DNA from: Eledone cirrhosa
Lineage: Eukaryota
DNA length: 64,000 bases
Reading direction: 5' to 3'
Assembly: GCA_964016885.1 (NCBI GenBank)
Contig: OZ024751.1
Location: 5,890,001 to 5,954,000 of the forward strand
This document shows positions 1-10,670 of this stretch, one piece after another. The notes beneath the pieces are model-generated. The model saw nothing but the letters and a program-made list of their open reading frames with translations, ran no database searches and was not told the origin of the DNA. The translations under genes and the position numbers were made by a program. Each line of letters begins with the position of its first letter. Within the stretch, counting starts at the first letter, position 1.

Positions 1-787
1 CTGTTATATATATTTTATGCTCATTGCTATTTTGATCTGTATAATAGATCTGATCTAAGCTAAGATCTTATGAGTATGATGTTCAGAATCCGGGTTAAGG
101 CTTCAACTAAGGAAATTATTCAATCAGAATTTCTAAGGCTGAATATAATAGGGGAACGAATTAACATGAATAAATCCTTATTTGAAAAATCTTGAGATTA
201 AGATGTGTCCCTAAGATAAAGATGACTGATTTTAATGCACATTCACGCCTATAATTAAAATGCCCGCCAATAGAATATAGAGTTACGTATTTTTAAAAAA
301 TAAATACATACATTCATAAACATATAACGGTTAAGTGTTATTTATTACATTCTATAATATACTAACCAATGTGTATAATGTTGATGGCAAAACAATATAA
401 TATATACAATAAAATATATACGATTAACATTTTAGACATTTTACAATATTCGAAAAATATTCTTCTTAACAAGTAGTTTCTTGTTTTTATTTTAAAACAA
501 ATAGCTTAAAATTACCGAACCTAAATATTATATCATTTAGTTATAGTCATGAATCATATTCGTGTCAACATGATTTTTAGTGACTTCGAATTATTAATTC
601 ATTGACATTCATATACAATACTTTAAATATAATTGCCTACAGAGAAAATTATATCCGGATCCGGATTCTCTAATATAGTCCTTAAACTGTAAAGTGCAGA
701 AGGAAAATATTTTTCAGAAACGTCATCGCAATATTTGTTAGGCTTACACACATATAATATCACTTGTTCTTTACACCTGCTTCTCAA

Positions 788-820
<33 letters not shown>

Positions 821-828
<8 letters not shown>

Positions 829-1089
829 GTGAGGTTTTTTTTACAAAATGAAAAATATCCGAGGTGTCCTACACGAGTGAAAGTATAAAGAAAAAGAGAT
901 GAAATCGAAAATGCAACTGGAGTCTTATTTTTTTTTTTTTTAAATATATATATTTATTTGGTTCCTTTACCGGTTTCGCAGTTCTTCTGCTTTTCAAAAG
1001 AACTGCGAAACCAGTAAAGGAACCAAATAAATATATATATTTAAAAAAAAAAAAAGACTCCAGTTGCATTTTCGATTTCATCTCTTTTT

Positions 1090-1095
<6 letters not shown>
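821..1095. mobile_element. Family A fold-back PLE pLTR-like element in (TA)n
   Basis: Inverted arms ~887-986 / ~998-1095. The same sequence recurs at 1801, 21120 and 51104. Flanked by (TA)n and carries an HHR. Confidence 0.8.
965..1000 (-). ncRNA. Minimal type-I hammerhead ribozyme, U3-A8 variant (family A)
   Basis: Minus strand reads CTT-TTGAAAA-GCAG aagaa CTGC-GAAA-CCGG-TA-AAG: stem I CTT/AAG, stem II GCAG/CTGC, palindromic stem/loop III ACCGGT, GUA cleavage triplet. Confidence 0.75.
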
Positions 1096-1124
<29 letters not shown>

Positions 1125-1317
1125 GAGGTTGTGAATACTTCGTATTTTGGATCGTTTTATTGTAGGGCGATGTTTGACTCAACAAGAGGTTCCCGTAGGT
1201 GGCGAGTTTATGAGTTCTTTTGTATTCCTATGTAAGTTTATCTTGGAGTAATAATATTGAAAGAGTGAAGAATAACATGGTCAACAGTACAAAAAAAAAA
1301 GGTTTTATTTACAGTCT

Positions 1318-1420
1318 TAGAAATTGTTTCACTGATTAAGTTGTCTAAAAATTGCTGAACACTTGAAGCTGTGCCACACAATTTTAAATGCGTTGTTAGC
1401 TTAACCAGATCATCAGTTTT
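1318..1420 (-). ncRNA. Degenerate hammerhead-like motif
   Basis: CTGATGA-T-CTGGTTAAG...CTTAATCAG-T-GAAA-CAATTTC. Stem II is good but stem I does not pair. Confidence 0.35.
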
Positions 1421-1453
1421 TCTTTGGATTTATTATTATTACTATATATATAT

Positions 1454-1644
1454 AGGGCGGTTGATTGGCAGTATCGGTAGAGGGTCAGACACCATGCTTT
1501 CCAGCACAGTTACGTCCCTTTATGATCTGAGTTCAAATCCCGCCGAGGTTGACTTTTCCTTTCATCCTTACGGGGTCGATAAAATAAAGTACCAGTAATG
1601 CACTGGGTAATTGCTGGCCTTGTGCCTAAAGTAGAAACAATTAT

Positions 1645-1647
<3 letters not shown>
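1454..1647 (+). mobile_element. tRNA-derived SINE (octopus-type) with (TTA)n tail
   Basis: A box TGGCAGTATCGG, B box GAGTTCAAATCC, conserved CCTTTCATCCTTACGGGGTCGATAAAATAAAGTACCAG domain, 3' GAAACAATTATTA. Multiple copies in the window. Confidence 0.85.
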
Positions 1648-1680
<33 letters not shown>

Positions 1681-1770
1681 CCTTATCGAGCCCTCTTTGG
1701 ATTTTAGTCTTCAAATTTATTATTATTACTATATATATATAAATACACACATACACACACACACACACAT

Positions 1771-1800
<30 letters not shown>

Positions 1801-1808
<8 letters not shown>

Positions 1809-2158
1809 GTGAAGTTTTTTTTACAAAATAAAAAATAACAGAGGTGTCCTACTCGAGTGAAAGTATAAAGAAAAAAAGATGAAATCGAAAATGCAACTGG
1901 AGTCTTATTTAAAAAAAATATATATATATTTATTTGGTTCCTTTACAGGGTTTCGCAGTTCTTCTGCTTTTCAAAAGTAGAGTTGAGATGGAGGGTCTGT
2001 GGTTTTTCTCACATCCGTGAGAAAAACCACAGAACCTCCATCTCAACTCTACTTTTGAAAAGCAGAAGAACTGCGAAACCCTGTAAAGGAACCAAATAAA
2101 TATATATATATTTTTTTTAAATAAGACTCCAGTTGCATTTTCGATTTCATCTTTTTTT

Positions 2159-2163
<5 letters not shown>
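1801..2163. mobile_element. Family A fold-back element with two opposed HHRs (1941-1977 -, 2052-2088 +)
   Basis: Near-perfect palindrome centred ~2014 with (TA)n on both sides. Both HHRs share the same CCCTG loop-III change. Confidence 0.8.
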
Positions 2164-2212
<49 letters not shown>

Positions 2213-2235
2213 GTGTGTGTGTGTGTGTGTGTGTG

Positions 2236-3338
2236 CTTAAGCGTATGGATGGTGTATAATATATCCGTGCACTCGTATGATCCCACTGAGTCGTCGAATT
2301 TATCTTCAAGATCAGATCGCTTTTACCAAGAGCTTCTTTATAGCGTGGCAAATCAGGTTGTGCTTTCGAATAGTGATCGTTGCGAAGGTTCGCGTGAAGT
2401 CTAAGGCCTTGCCTAGCAGCGGTTTGTTGATCGGATGGTAAAAATAGGTAATATCGAAATGGGTAAACTTAGCTATAGCTTTTGATGGGATGTCTTTAAA
2501 CCAGGATATAACTGATGTGATATTCCAATGTAAGAGGTTCGTGCTCCTTGTGATGCGTTTGTTTATTCCTCTTAATATCTTCTTTGTAGCTAGGGCCAAT
2601 TCTGTTTAAAACCGGGTTTATGAGCCTGCAGGATAATCTGCTTGTAATGTCTGTTGTGTGATCCTTCAGGGTAATGAAGACATCACGCTTTGCTAATCTT
2701 TCTAATCTATTTTAAAATTCTTAGTTAATTCTTTATCTTCATTGTTAATAGTTATACGTGTCAGGTTTCGCTTTCTGGTATTTGCTAGTCATACTGATAA
2801 GATATGTGTAATCTCGTTGGATTATACATCCTCCATACGCTTAAGCAGAAATTCCCGGACATAACATCGGTCTATACCGAGACGAGGTCTTTCTCTAACA
2901 GCCGACCGCAAGGCGCACGACATAGGTAAATTCCGTAAAGACCTGATAAGTACCTTTCGCGATATAGGCCTTAAAATCAGAGTTGACTGGAACCTATCCT
3001 GCGTAAACTTCCTCGTCGTCAACCTAGACCTAACATCAGGCACTTAGGACTCTTATCACAAACCGAGCGAGAGACAGAAATACATCAACAGAGGATCCTG
3101 CCACCCACCCACCCACCATTTTTATAAATCTAATAACCAATATTGACCGCAGGATCTCGAACTTGTCAACCAGCAGAAATATATTTGAAAAAAGCAGCAA
3201 TGTACGACATCTGAGCCCTCCAACCCACAAGATTTAAAGAACAGATCAAATATATTTCTAATAGTCATCCACCTAGAATCAACAATAGATGAAGAAACAT
3301 AATTTGGTTCACACCTCATCTCTCACGAAATGTAAGCA
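2236..3338. pseudogene. Decayed Naiad-type PLE reverse transcriptase with internal inversion (2236-2821 minus, 2822-3338 plus)
   Basis: Minus: LITLKDH..CRLINP, VISWFKDIPSK..FTHFDITYFYHPI. Plus: IGLYRDE, VNFLVVNLDL, YHKP..YINRGSCHPP, RNIIWF. Homologous to the 41-43 kb element. Confidence 0.8.
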
Positions 3339-3339
3339 T

Positions 3340-3520
3340 CATTATTTAATATAGAAATGGTTTCTGCGGGACTAGAACTGTTTCACTCGTGTGAAATTTT
3401 CAGGAATGCTAAGTGGCATAGAGAGTGGTTGATATTTATAGGTTTGCTAGTGGTTGAGGATGGTGCGACATATTCTAAAGAACATATATATAATAGAAGT
3501 CATTTCTATATTAAATAATG
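3340..3520. mobile_element. Family D pLTR-like fragment with degenerate HHR (3358-3408 -)
   Basis: Terminal inverted CATTATTTAATATAGAAATG. Minus reads CTGAAAA-T-TTC acac GAG-T-GAAA-CAG ttctagtc CCG. Homologous to 23835 and 25007-25380. Confidence 0.55.
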
Positions 3521-3529
3521 ATATATATA

Positions 3530-3727
3530 TATAGGAAAATGTTTGACCCTGATCGCAGAGCTCACGCCGTTTCGACGGCTATTTCTGAGTCCAGAAATAG
3601 CCGTCGAAACAGCCTGAGCTCTGCCATCGGGGTCAAATATTTTCCTATTACCCACTCTACTACCCTAAGTATTGAGTACTCCGGTGCCTAATGGTCCATC
3701 TGGTTCCTTACCACACCTCCTCGTTAT
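3530..3727. mobile_element. Family B short fold-back pLTR fragment
   Basis: Inverted arms around ~3590 match the 3' end of the 4488-6802 element. TA-rich flanks. Confidence 0.75.
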
Positions 3728-3764
3728 ATGTCTATATATATATATGCGTGTGTGTGTGTATATT

Positions 3765-4055
3765 AAAGGTAAACAGAAATAACAACACAATCGATACAGT
3801 ATATGGAAGGTATATATATATTAGGTTAACGCTTGATATAGCAGGAAGAGCGTCTTAACGTTTCGGACGCTAGTCCTTTCTCAGAAGAAAGAATGAGAAA
3901 TAAAATAGATTGAGGGGACGGGTGGGATTGAATTGGAAAAAATGTCTTTAGATAAAAATAACAGGTCCATTCATGTTGACATCCCTTGCAAAACTGTGGG
4001 CAATGGCGCGCGTCTACCTGAAATGGAAAAAAAAACAGTTTTGTGAAAAGAGCTA
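3765..4055 (-). mobile_element. Family F pLTR-like repeat with HHR (3853-3888, G8A)
   Basis: Homologous to 38440-38690. Minus reads TCTT-CTGAGAA-A-GGAC tagc GTCC-GAAA-CG-TT-AAGA. Confidence 0.7.
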
Positions 4056-4084
4056 TACTTGAACACACACACACACACATATAC

Positions 4085-4366
4085 TGTTATACTTTGGGAG
4101 GGTCTTGCTACAAATAGAAACACACGCACCTGTCGGCTTTCACTTCAATTTATTATAAATTTCCGGTTGGTTGGTTGGATAACCGGACAGTTGTTTATGC
4201 ATTGTAAAAGATCGTTCGTCATTCTGTCACCTCTTCAATCACTGGGTTTTTATTTTGTATCTCCTTTGTTCTGTCCCACATCATCTTGTATGACAAAAGT
4301 ATAAAAATATCGGTTTCAACACTCGTTTTCACATAAGAAATTTTGCAAAACAAATTCAAACACGAA

Positions 4367-4368
<2 letters not shown>
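4085..4368 (-). mobile_element. Family G pLTR-like repeat (degenerate HHR ~4205-4243)
   Basis: Homologous to 54665-55078, which carries an intact HHR. Confidence 0.6.
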
Positions 4369-4447
<79 letters not shown>

Positions 4448-4503
4448 TATAAATATATAATTATACACACACACATATATATATACATATAGGAGAAAGT
4501 ATG

Positions 4504-4600
4504 ACCCCGACGGTAGAGCTCAAACCGTTTCGGCGGCCATTTCTGGACTAAAGTAAGAGCTTTTAGTCTGGTAAATAAATAACCGAACTTTTCAAGGGGT
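4504..4600 (-). ncRNA. Type-I hammerhead, U3-A8 variant, intact core (family B)
   Basis: ACCCC-TTGAAAA-G[long stem II]C-GAAA-CGGT ttgagctct ACCG-TC-GGGGT: 5-bp stem I, 5-bp stem III, GUC site. Confidence 0.8.
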
Positions 4601-5120
4601 ACTTCCTTATATGGGAAGATTGTATTTTTCAAGGAGATTCGTCTAAATTTGTAGCAGACACAGAAAAGTCTATCATGGAAGTGGGTGTGGGTGGGGGTGG
4701 CTGAACTTGCCTGTAGAACGATAGGGGAGTGGGTAGAGCCGGTCAAGCGTTGAAGGTGAATGTATACGGCAAATTCTAAGGAATGTGTATGAAAGTAGGC
4801 CAGAGGAGGTTGACGATAAAAGGTTTCTTGAGAAATGGAGGAGGGACGTTATAGAATTGCTAAACCAAATGGGATTAGGAGACAATGAAACAAATATAAT
4901 AAAATAGAATATAATAAAAAATGAGAGGAGCCTAAAGAAGATTTTCCCGATAAGTGTTGTCACCTCGGCATTGTGTGGGGAGGATTGACCACGTTACGTG
5001 GCGTGAGCGGCGGCAACGCCTGCTGGTTACGCTAAGGGATGCTGGAAAAAAGGATATTTCCTCCCGGAAGCCACTCCGCTTGAGGGCATGTTTGTACTGA
5101 GGCGGATGTTCGTTGAATAT

Positions 5121-5822
5121 ACCGCCGCTCACGCCACGTAACGTGGTTCAATCCTCCCCACAATGCCGAGGTGGCAACACTTATCGGGCAAATCTTCTTT
5201 AGGCTCCTCGACAAACACTTCCCACTACAACACCGCTACCACAACATAATCAACAAAAACACTGTCAAGCTATCCTACAGCACCACACCTAACTTCGCAC
5301 AGAACAACGTCTTCTCAAACACCAAAAAACTCAACCTCTATGGAAGAACAACCTAGAAATTAGTGGAGAGCCGACCAGGAGGTGTAACTGCCCTGATAGA
5401 TCTACATGCCCCTCAACAACAGATGCCGAGAACGTAACATGATCTACCAGTGCAACGTGAGGACGGACACCTCCAACAAAGCTTATATAGGATTAAGCGC
5501 TTGTGACTTTAAGACCCGGCTCTACCAACACTGACATACGTTCCGAAACCCGGTCCGGCGACATGCCACCACACTTTCGGGCCACATCTGGGACTTCCAA
5601 GATAATAATATAACTTACCATCTTACTTGGAGCTTACTGTCCAGAGCTAACTCCTACAGGGGAGGACGCCATCCGTGTAACGTATGCTCGGAGGAAACAT
5701 TACAAATGCTGTTTACGAAGGATCAACTCCTAAACCAAAAAGACGAACTAGTAACTGCATGCAAACTCAGATTGCAGAAGACTTACCTCGCTCTCAAACC
5801 CCCTAACGATCCGGGTGGGTAG
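5121..5822 (+). pseudogene. Naiad-type linker and GIY-YIG endonuclease remnant
   Basis: VTWFNPP..IGQIFFRLLDKHFP..TVKLSYS, CNC..CP..C, IYQC..AYIG..FKTRLYQH, LSGHIW, CNVCSEE, LNQKDELVTACK..PPNDPGG*. Contains frameshifts and stops. Confidence 0.85.
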
Positions 5823-6611
5823 ACAAGGGCTGAAAAACCCCATTTGCCGAATAAGATAGGGAAAACCCCAACTTATATAGGTAGATGTACCTCTTTTCTT
5901 TTCCTGTATGTTTTCTTCATCCCTTTGTCTCCTCCTATCACTTCTTTCCACCACCGATCTTCTTCCTCGTTCGTTTCTTTGTTTTTTTTCCCTTTCGCCT
6001 ACCCCGAGGCAGCCCATCGGGCCTCTTTAACCTCAGTACCCCCACCCCGCTAACTTATAGATAGTATTGGCCGATTATGCTATACTAACTATTCATAGCA
6101 GCTGTGTTAGACCCCAGACATGTTGTATTAATTTATAATACCCAATTCTAAAATCTCAATAATTTTCATCTAGCAACACATTCTATAGCATTACCCGAAA
6201 AAGCAGAACCAACTAAATATAGCAGCTGTGTTAGACTCCTTAGTTTTTGTTTTATGTCACTTCTCACTTTCCAATCTTACATTCTGATACATCTTTCTCT
6301 CATTTTTATTATATTCTTTTTTATTATATTTGTTCATTGTCTCCTAATCTCATTCGATTTACCTTTCTATAACGTCCCTCCTCCTTTTTTTCAAGAAACC
6401 TTTTTTCGCCAACGTCCTCTGGCCTACTTTCATACATATTCCTTAGAATTTGCCGTGTAGATTTCACCTTCAACGCTTGACCGGCTCTACCCAATCCCCT
6501 ATCGTTCTACAGTGACCCCACCCCGCACCTACTGCCATGATAGATTTTCTGTGTCTGTTACAAATTTAGACCAATCCCCTTGACAACTACAACCTTTCCA
6601 TATAAGGATGT

Positions 6612-6708
6612 ACCCCTTGAAAAGTTCGGTTATTTATTTACCAGACTAAAATCACTTACTTTAGTCCAGAAATAGCCGTCAAAACGGGTTGAGCTCTGCC
6701 GTCGGGGT
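6612..6708 (+). ncRNA. Family B hammerhead, G12A mutated
   Basis: Same fold as 4504-4600 but AAAA replaces GAAA. Confidence 0.65.
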
Positions 6709-6814
6709 CATACTTTCTCCTATCACCCACTCTACTACTATAAGTATTGAGTACTCTGGTGCGTTAAGGTCCATCTGGTTCCTTACCACAACACCTTTGT
6801 TATATATATATATA

Positions 6815-6933
6815 TAACGAAGGAAATGTGGTAAGAAACCAGGTGGACCATAACGCACCAAAGTACTCAATACTTAGGGTAGTATTAGCCGTCGAAACGG
6901 CTTGAGCTCAGCCGTCGGGGTCTTACTTGTTCC

Positions 6934-6935
<2 letters not shown>
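6815..6935. mobile_element. Family B short inverted fragment
   Basis: Minus-strand pLTR tail joined to the plus-strand 3' half of the HHR, with TA flanks. Confidence 0.65.
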
Positions 6936-6992
<57 letters not shown>

Positions 6993-7153
6993 AGAGAGAG
7001 AATGATAGCGAGGGGGAGAGGTGGAGTGAGACAGCGAGAACAAGAGAGTTTGTGGGAGGGGTTCTGCTTTATACATTACACAATCATACATTTAGACACA
7101 GCTATATGCATATATCAGTCTTGCTCGGTGTTCCTGTTTCTCTCTCTCTCTGT

Positions 7154-7214
<61 letters not shown>

Positions 7215-7216
7215 CA

Positions 7217-7295
<79 letters not shown>

Positions 7296-7309
7296 TAGGT
7301 ATATATATT

Positions 7310-7360
<51 letters not shown>

Positions 7361-7450
7361 TTATATATATATTTATATATATATATATTTATTTATATAT
7401 ATATTTATATATATATTTATTTATATATATATATATTTATATATATATAT

Positions 7451-7533
<83 letters not shown>

Positions 7534-7565
7534 CACACACACACACATATATATATATATGTATA
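6936..7565. repeat. (TA)n/(TC)n microsatellite block
   Basis: Direct inspection. Confidence 0.95.
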
Positions 7566-8976
7566 ATAATTTTATTAATACAATGACAGACAGTATCACA
7601 AATTCCATCTATCATTAATGATTTTATGTCTATAATTCAATTTACTTTCTTTGCATCTCATATATCAGAGATAGCCCTATATTGTTACACTGACATTATC
7701 TTTTTTCAATATTAACTTTCTGTTTTGTCTCCGAAAAAGAAATATTTGGATAGCAAAATTCGGTTATCCTTTCAGCACGTCGGAACGTATCAAAGATACC
7801 GGAAGTACACTGAAATATAGTATAATGACATATTGTGGCTGATTTCTATCGTAAATAACTCAATAAAATATAAATATTTGGTAAAAAGGAACAATGGCAT
7901 TGATGAGAAGACATCGTAGTTTTAGGAAATTCAAATGAAAGATCGTTATTCAATATTCCCCATTTCTATTTCTGAGTCATCAAATTGATAGTCTTCGTTG
8001 AAATAAATGCTACAGATTATTCAGAAAGCCTGCTTAGAAAACGAATAGATAACGAATGCCATACATCCAAATATAAAGCAGTTTCTTTGTTCACATTAAA
8101 CATTTTGAATTTTATAAATGCTTCCCTTCAAATTTAATATATAAATTTTAAACTATATGACGATTGAGAGGAGATATTGAAAACTGTACTAAATATCTAA
8201 TCACGTTGTGTAGTTCATTCTGATATCGATTATTCAATTGCTCTGATATTTCTGGGTAGTAACATCATTTCATTGAATGCAATATTTTCATTCTCTTCTT
8301 TGGTGACAGTGGCATATGGCGCTAGAATTTGGTAGGGTCCTAATTTAATAAAGAAAAAGCGTCATATATATTTTATGGACACGAATAGAGAAAAACGGAT
8401 GAAGTGATAATAAAGCTTCATAGCGAAATGGATAAAGAAGTTTATATTGTCTAAATATTTGATAGGGATACTTATTTGCTATGTTGATAATATCCTATAT
8501 ATGTCGGTCATATTACATATTCTTTGGCTAGAATGGACAATACATAACCACCATGCCACCGAATGATATGAAGAGTATATCAAGAATCAACAACGGACGA
8601 ATATAAATGGACGGATAACTCCGTTCAGATAGCATTTATTCAGCTTCAGCGTCGAAATATAGATAGATTACTGCAAAGGTAGAGAAGTGTCTACATGTAG
8701 ATGTATTACATCTATTTAAATAGAAATGTTAACTGTATATTTTGCTATATATTTTGTCCTACAGGTAAATGTTGGGTTATTAAGCATTCATATTTCCCAG
8801 TAAAAGGCCACACGTGAAATTTCTCCGGAAAGTAATATTCTCTTGTTTGAACTACGAAATGAAATACATAAAACTATCTCCTTTATCATTTCAAATCCTT
8901 TATATCATATCTCAGCATAATAAAATATTCAAAACTATAACAATAATAGTAATGATAATCTTCTTCTTCTTCTTCT

Positions 8977-10452
8977 GACATGCGCCATTTCCGACAGATC
9001 CATCCACGACAACCTCCACCTCATGCGATACATCGTAGAGAATGTAGCTAGGGAACCTGGCACGGGTGGGTCCTTGATCAATTTAGATCAGTCGAAAGCT
9101 CTCGATAGGGTCGACCATCGTTACCTAGCGGCAGTCCTGAGGGCGGCTGGCTTTGGGCCCATCTTCAGAGGCTGGATCGCTGCCATGCACAGCGACATCT
9201 GCTCTGTGGTGAGAGTGAACGGTCACCTTTCGGAACCCTTCAACATCATGCGCTCGGTCCCCCAAGGATGTCCCCTCTCGTCCCTCTTGTACGTATTGAC
9301 TCTCGAGCCATTACTGCACAAACTGGAGACGTTGAGGGGGGTCCGCGCGAACTAAGATGCGGAAGATCCGTGTCAGCATATGCGGACGATGTCACCGTTG
9401 TGGTGTCGTACGCCAAACACATCGAGGCGATCGGCACTACACTAAGAAAATACGAAGCGGTGACAGGAGCAATGATCAACCAGGAAAAGTCAGTGGGCCT
9501 GCAGCTCGGCACCTGGAGAGGCAGGTCCATGCCGTCCAACAGCGTCGTCGGGCGCTGGACAGATGGACCAGTTAAATTGCTCGGGGTCTATAGAGGATTA
9601 GTGGAGGGGAAGAGCGACGACGTACTTGGGGAAACTCTAGGCGTCGACGAAAATCAACTAGCCAATCTCTTCGGAAGAACTTTCGGGCCGGGGCCTATGG
9701 ACAACTTCCAGAAATCCCTGGCCTGGCAGTGCTACCGAGGAGCTTTGCCAGTTCGGGATAAAGTCTACAGGCATGGAGGTGCCGTCAGCCGGGCATGTCC
9801 GAGATGTGCGCAGGGCGACGAAACCGTCCTGCACGCACTCGTCCAGTGTCCGAGCATTGCTGACTTGTGGGTTTATGTCGAACACCTGCTGTCGCGTGTA
9901 GGACGGATCCAGCTATCAGCTGAGTCCATCTTCCTTTACCCGGGAAGGGAAGGCAATTTTTATCTGTCTGGTGGCCATGGCGAAAGAGATAGTATGGTGG
10001 ACATGTTTGAAAAGGTTGAAGACGACCACTTACATCTTCGGTGATGCCCTGATTAACTTTTTCAAATTTCATTTGAAAAGGAAAATCAGGGTAGAAAAGG
10101 AAGTGCTCTCTTCCCAGCATTTTGTTGAAAGATGGGTGAGAGAAGCAAGAATGGCCCGAGTGAATGGGCCTAATCTGAGTATGTGTCTGTAAATTAAAGG
10201 TGGAAAACTGGGAGAGGGCACTTGCCCTGGTGGTCAGGGTCACTGTGGATTTTTAATGGGCTTTCTCTACCAATGTCCCTCGGAAGTCTCCCCCCTATTG
10301 GGGAATTTTTTCATTGTTCTATTATTACATCCTCTGTTTCTTTTTTTAACACGCAGAAATGCCCATTTCGTACCGCCCTGTATTCTCCTGTACTGTCCTT
10401 AATGTAAACCCTTGTGGTTAATAAAGAAATCATTATTATTATTATTATTATT
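8977..10452 (+). mobile_element. 5'-truncated, internally deleted Tx1-like LINE copy
   Basis: Highly similar to 14426-16460 but lacks ~15040-15573 and ~20 bp near 15915. Ends AATAAAGAAATC(ATT)n. Confidence 0.95.
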
Positions 10453-10670
10453 GAATGCTATGGTTGACGGAGGCTCGGCTCTGTAAGGTATTGTAAATTT
10501 TGAACACTATAACAATTGTAAATTGTTTAAAACTTTAACGAACTTGTAGACAAAAACACCCTCCTCCTCGTGAGAGGGGTCTTTCTGCCCGTTATTTGGC
10601 CCTTCGGGGTTGAATAACTGCTTATTGGGGTTTTGTACCCAATATTTATTTTAAACAAAAAAAAAACAAC

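Larger units (their letters stand above)
4488..6802 (+). mobile_element. 5'-truncated Naiad-type PLE (family B) with inverted pLTR
   Basis: GIY-YIG remnant plus ~1-kb 3' region. 4488-4926 is an inverted copy of ~6296-6723. (TA)n flanks. Confidence 0.85.

Noticed and set aside
1454-1545. tRNA gene
   Set aside because: The A and B boxes belong to SINE heads; there is no cloverleaf.
6902-7618. Long YI-, CV- and HT-repeat ORFs here and throughout
   Set aside because: They are translations of (TA)n, (TG)n and (CA)n microsatellites.
10560-10580. HDV-like ribozyme in the Tx1 5'UTR (TCCTCGT loop)
   Set aside because: P1, P2 and P3 pairings could not be built; it folds as a simple hairpin.
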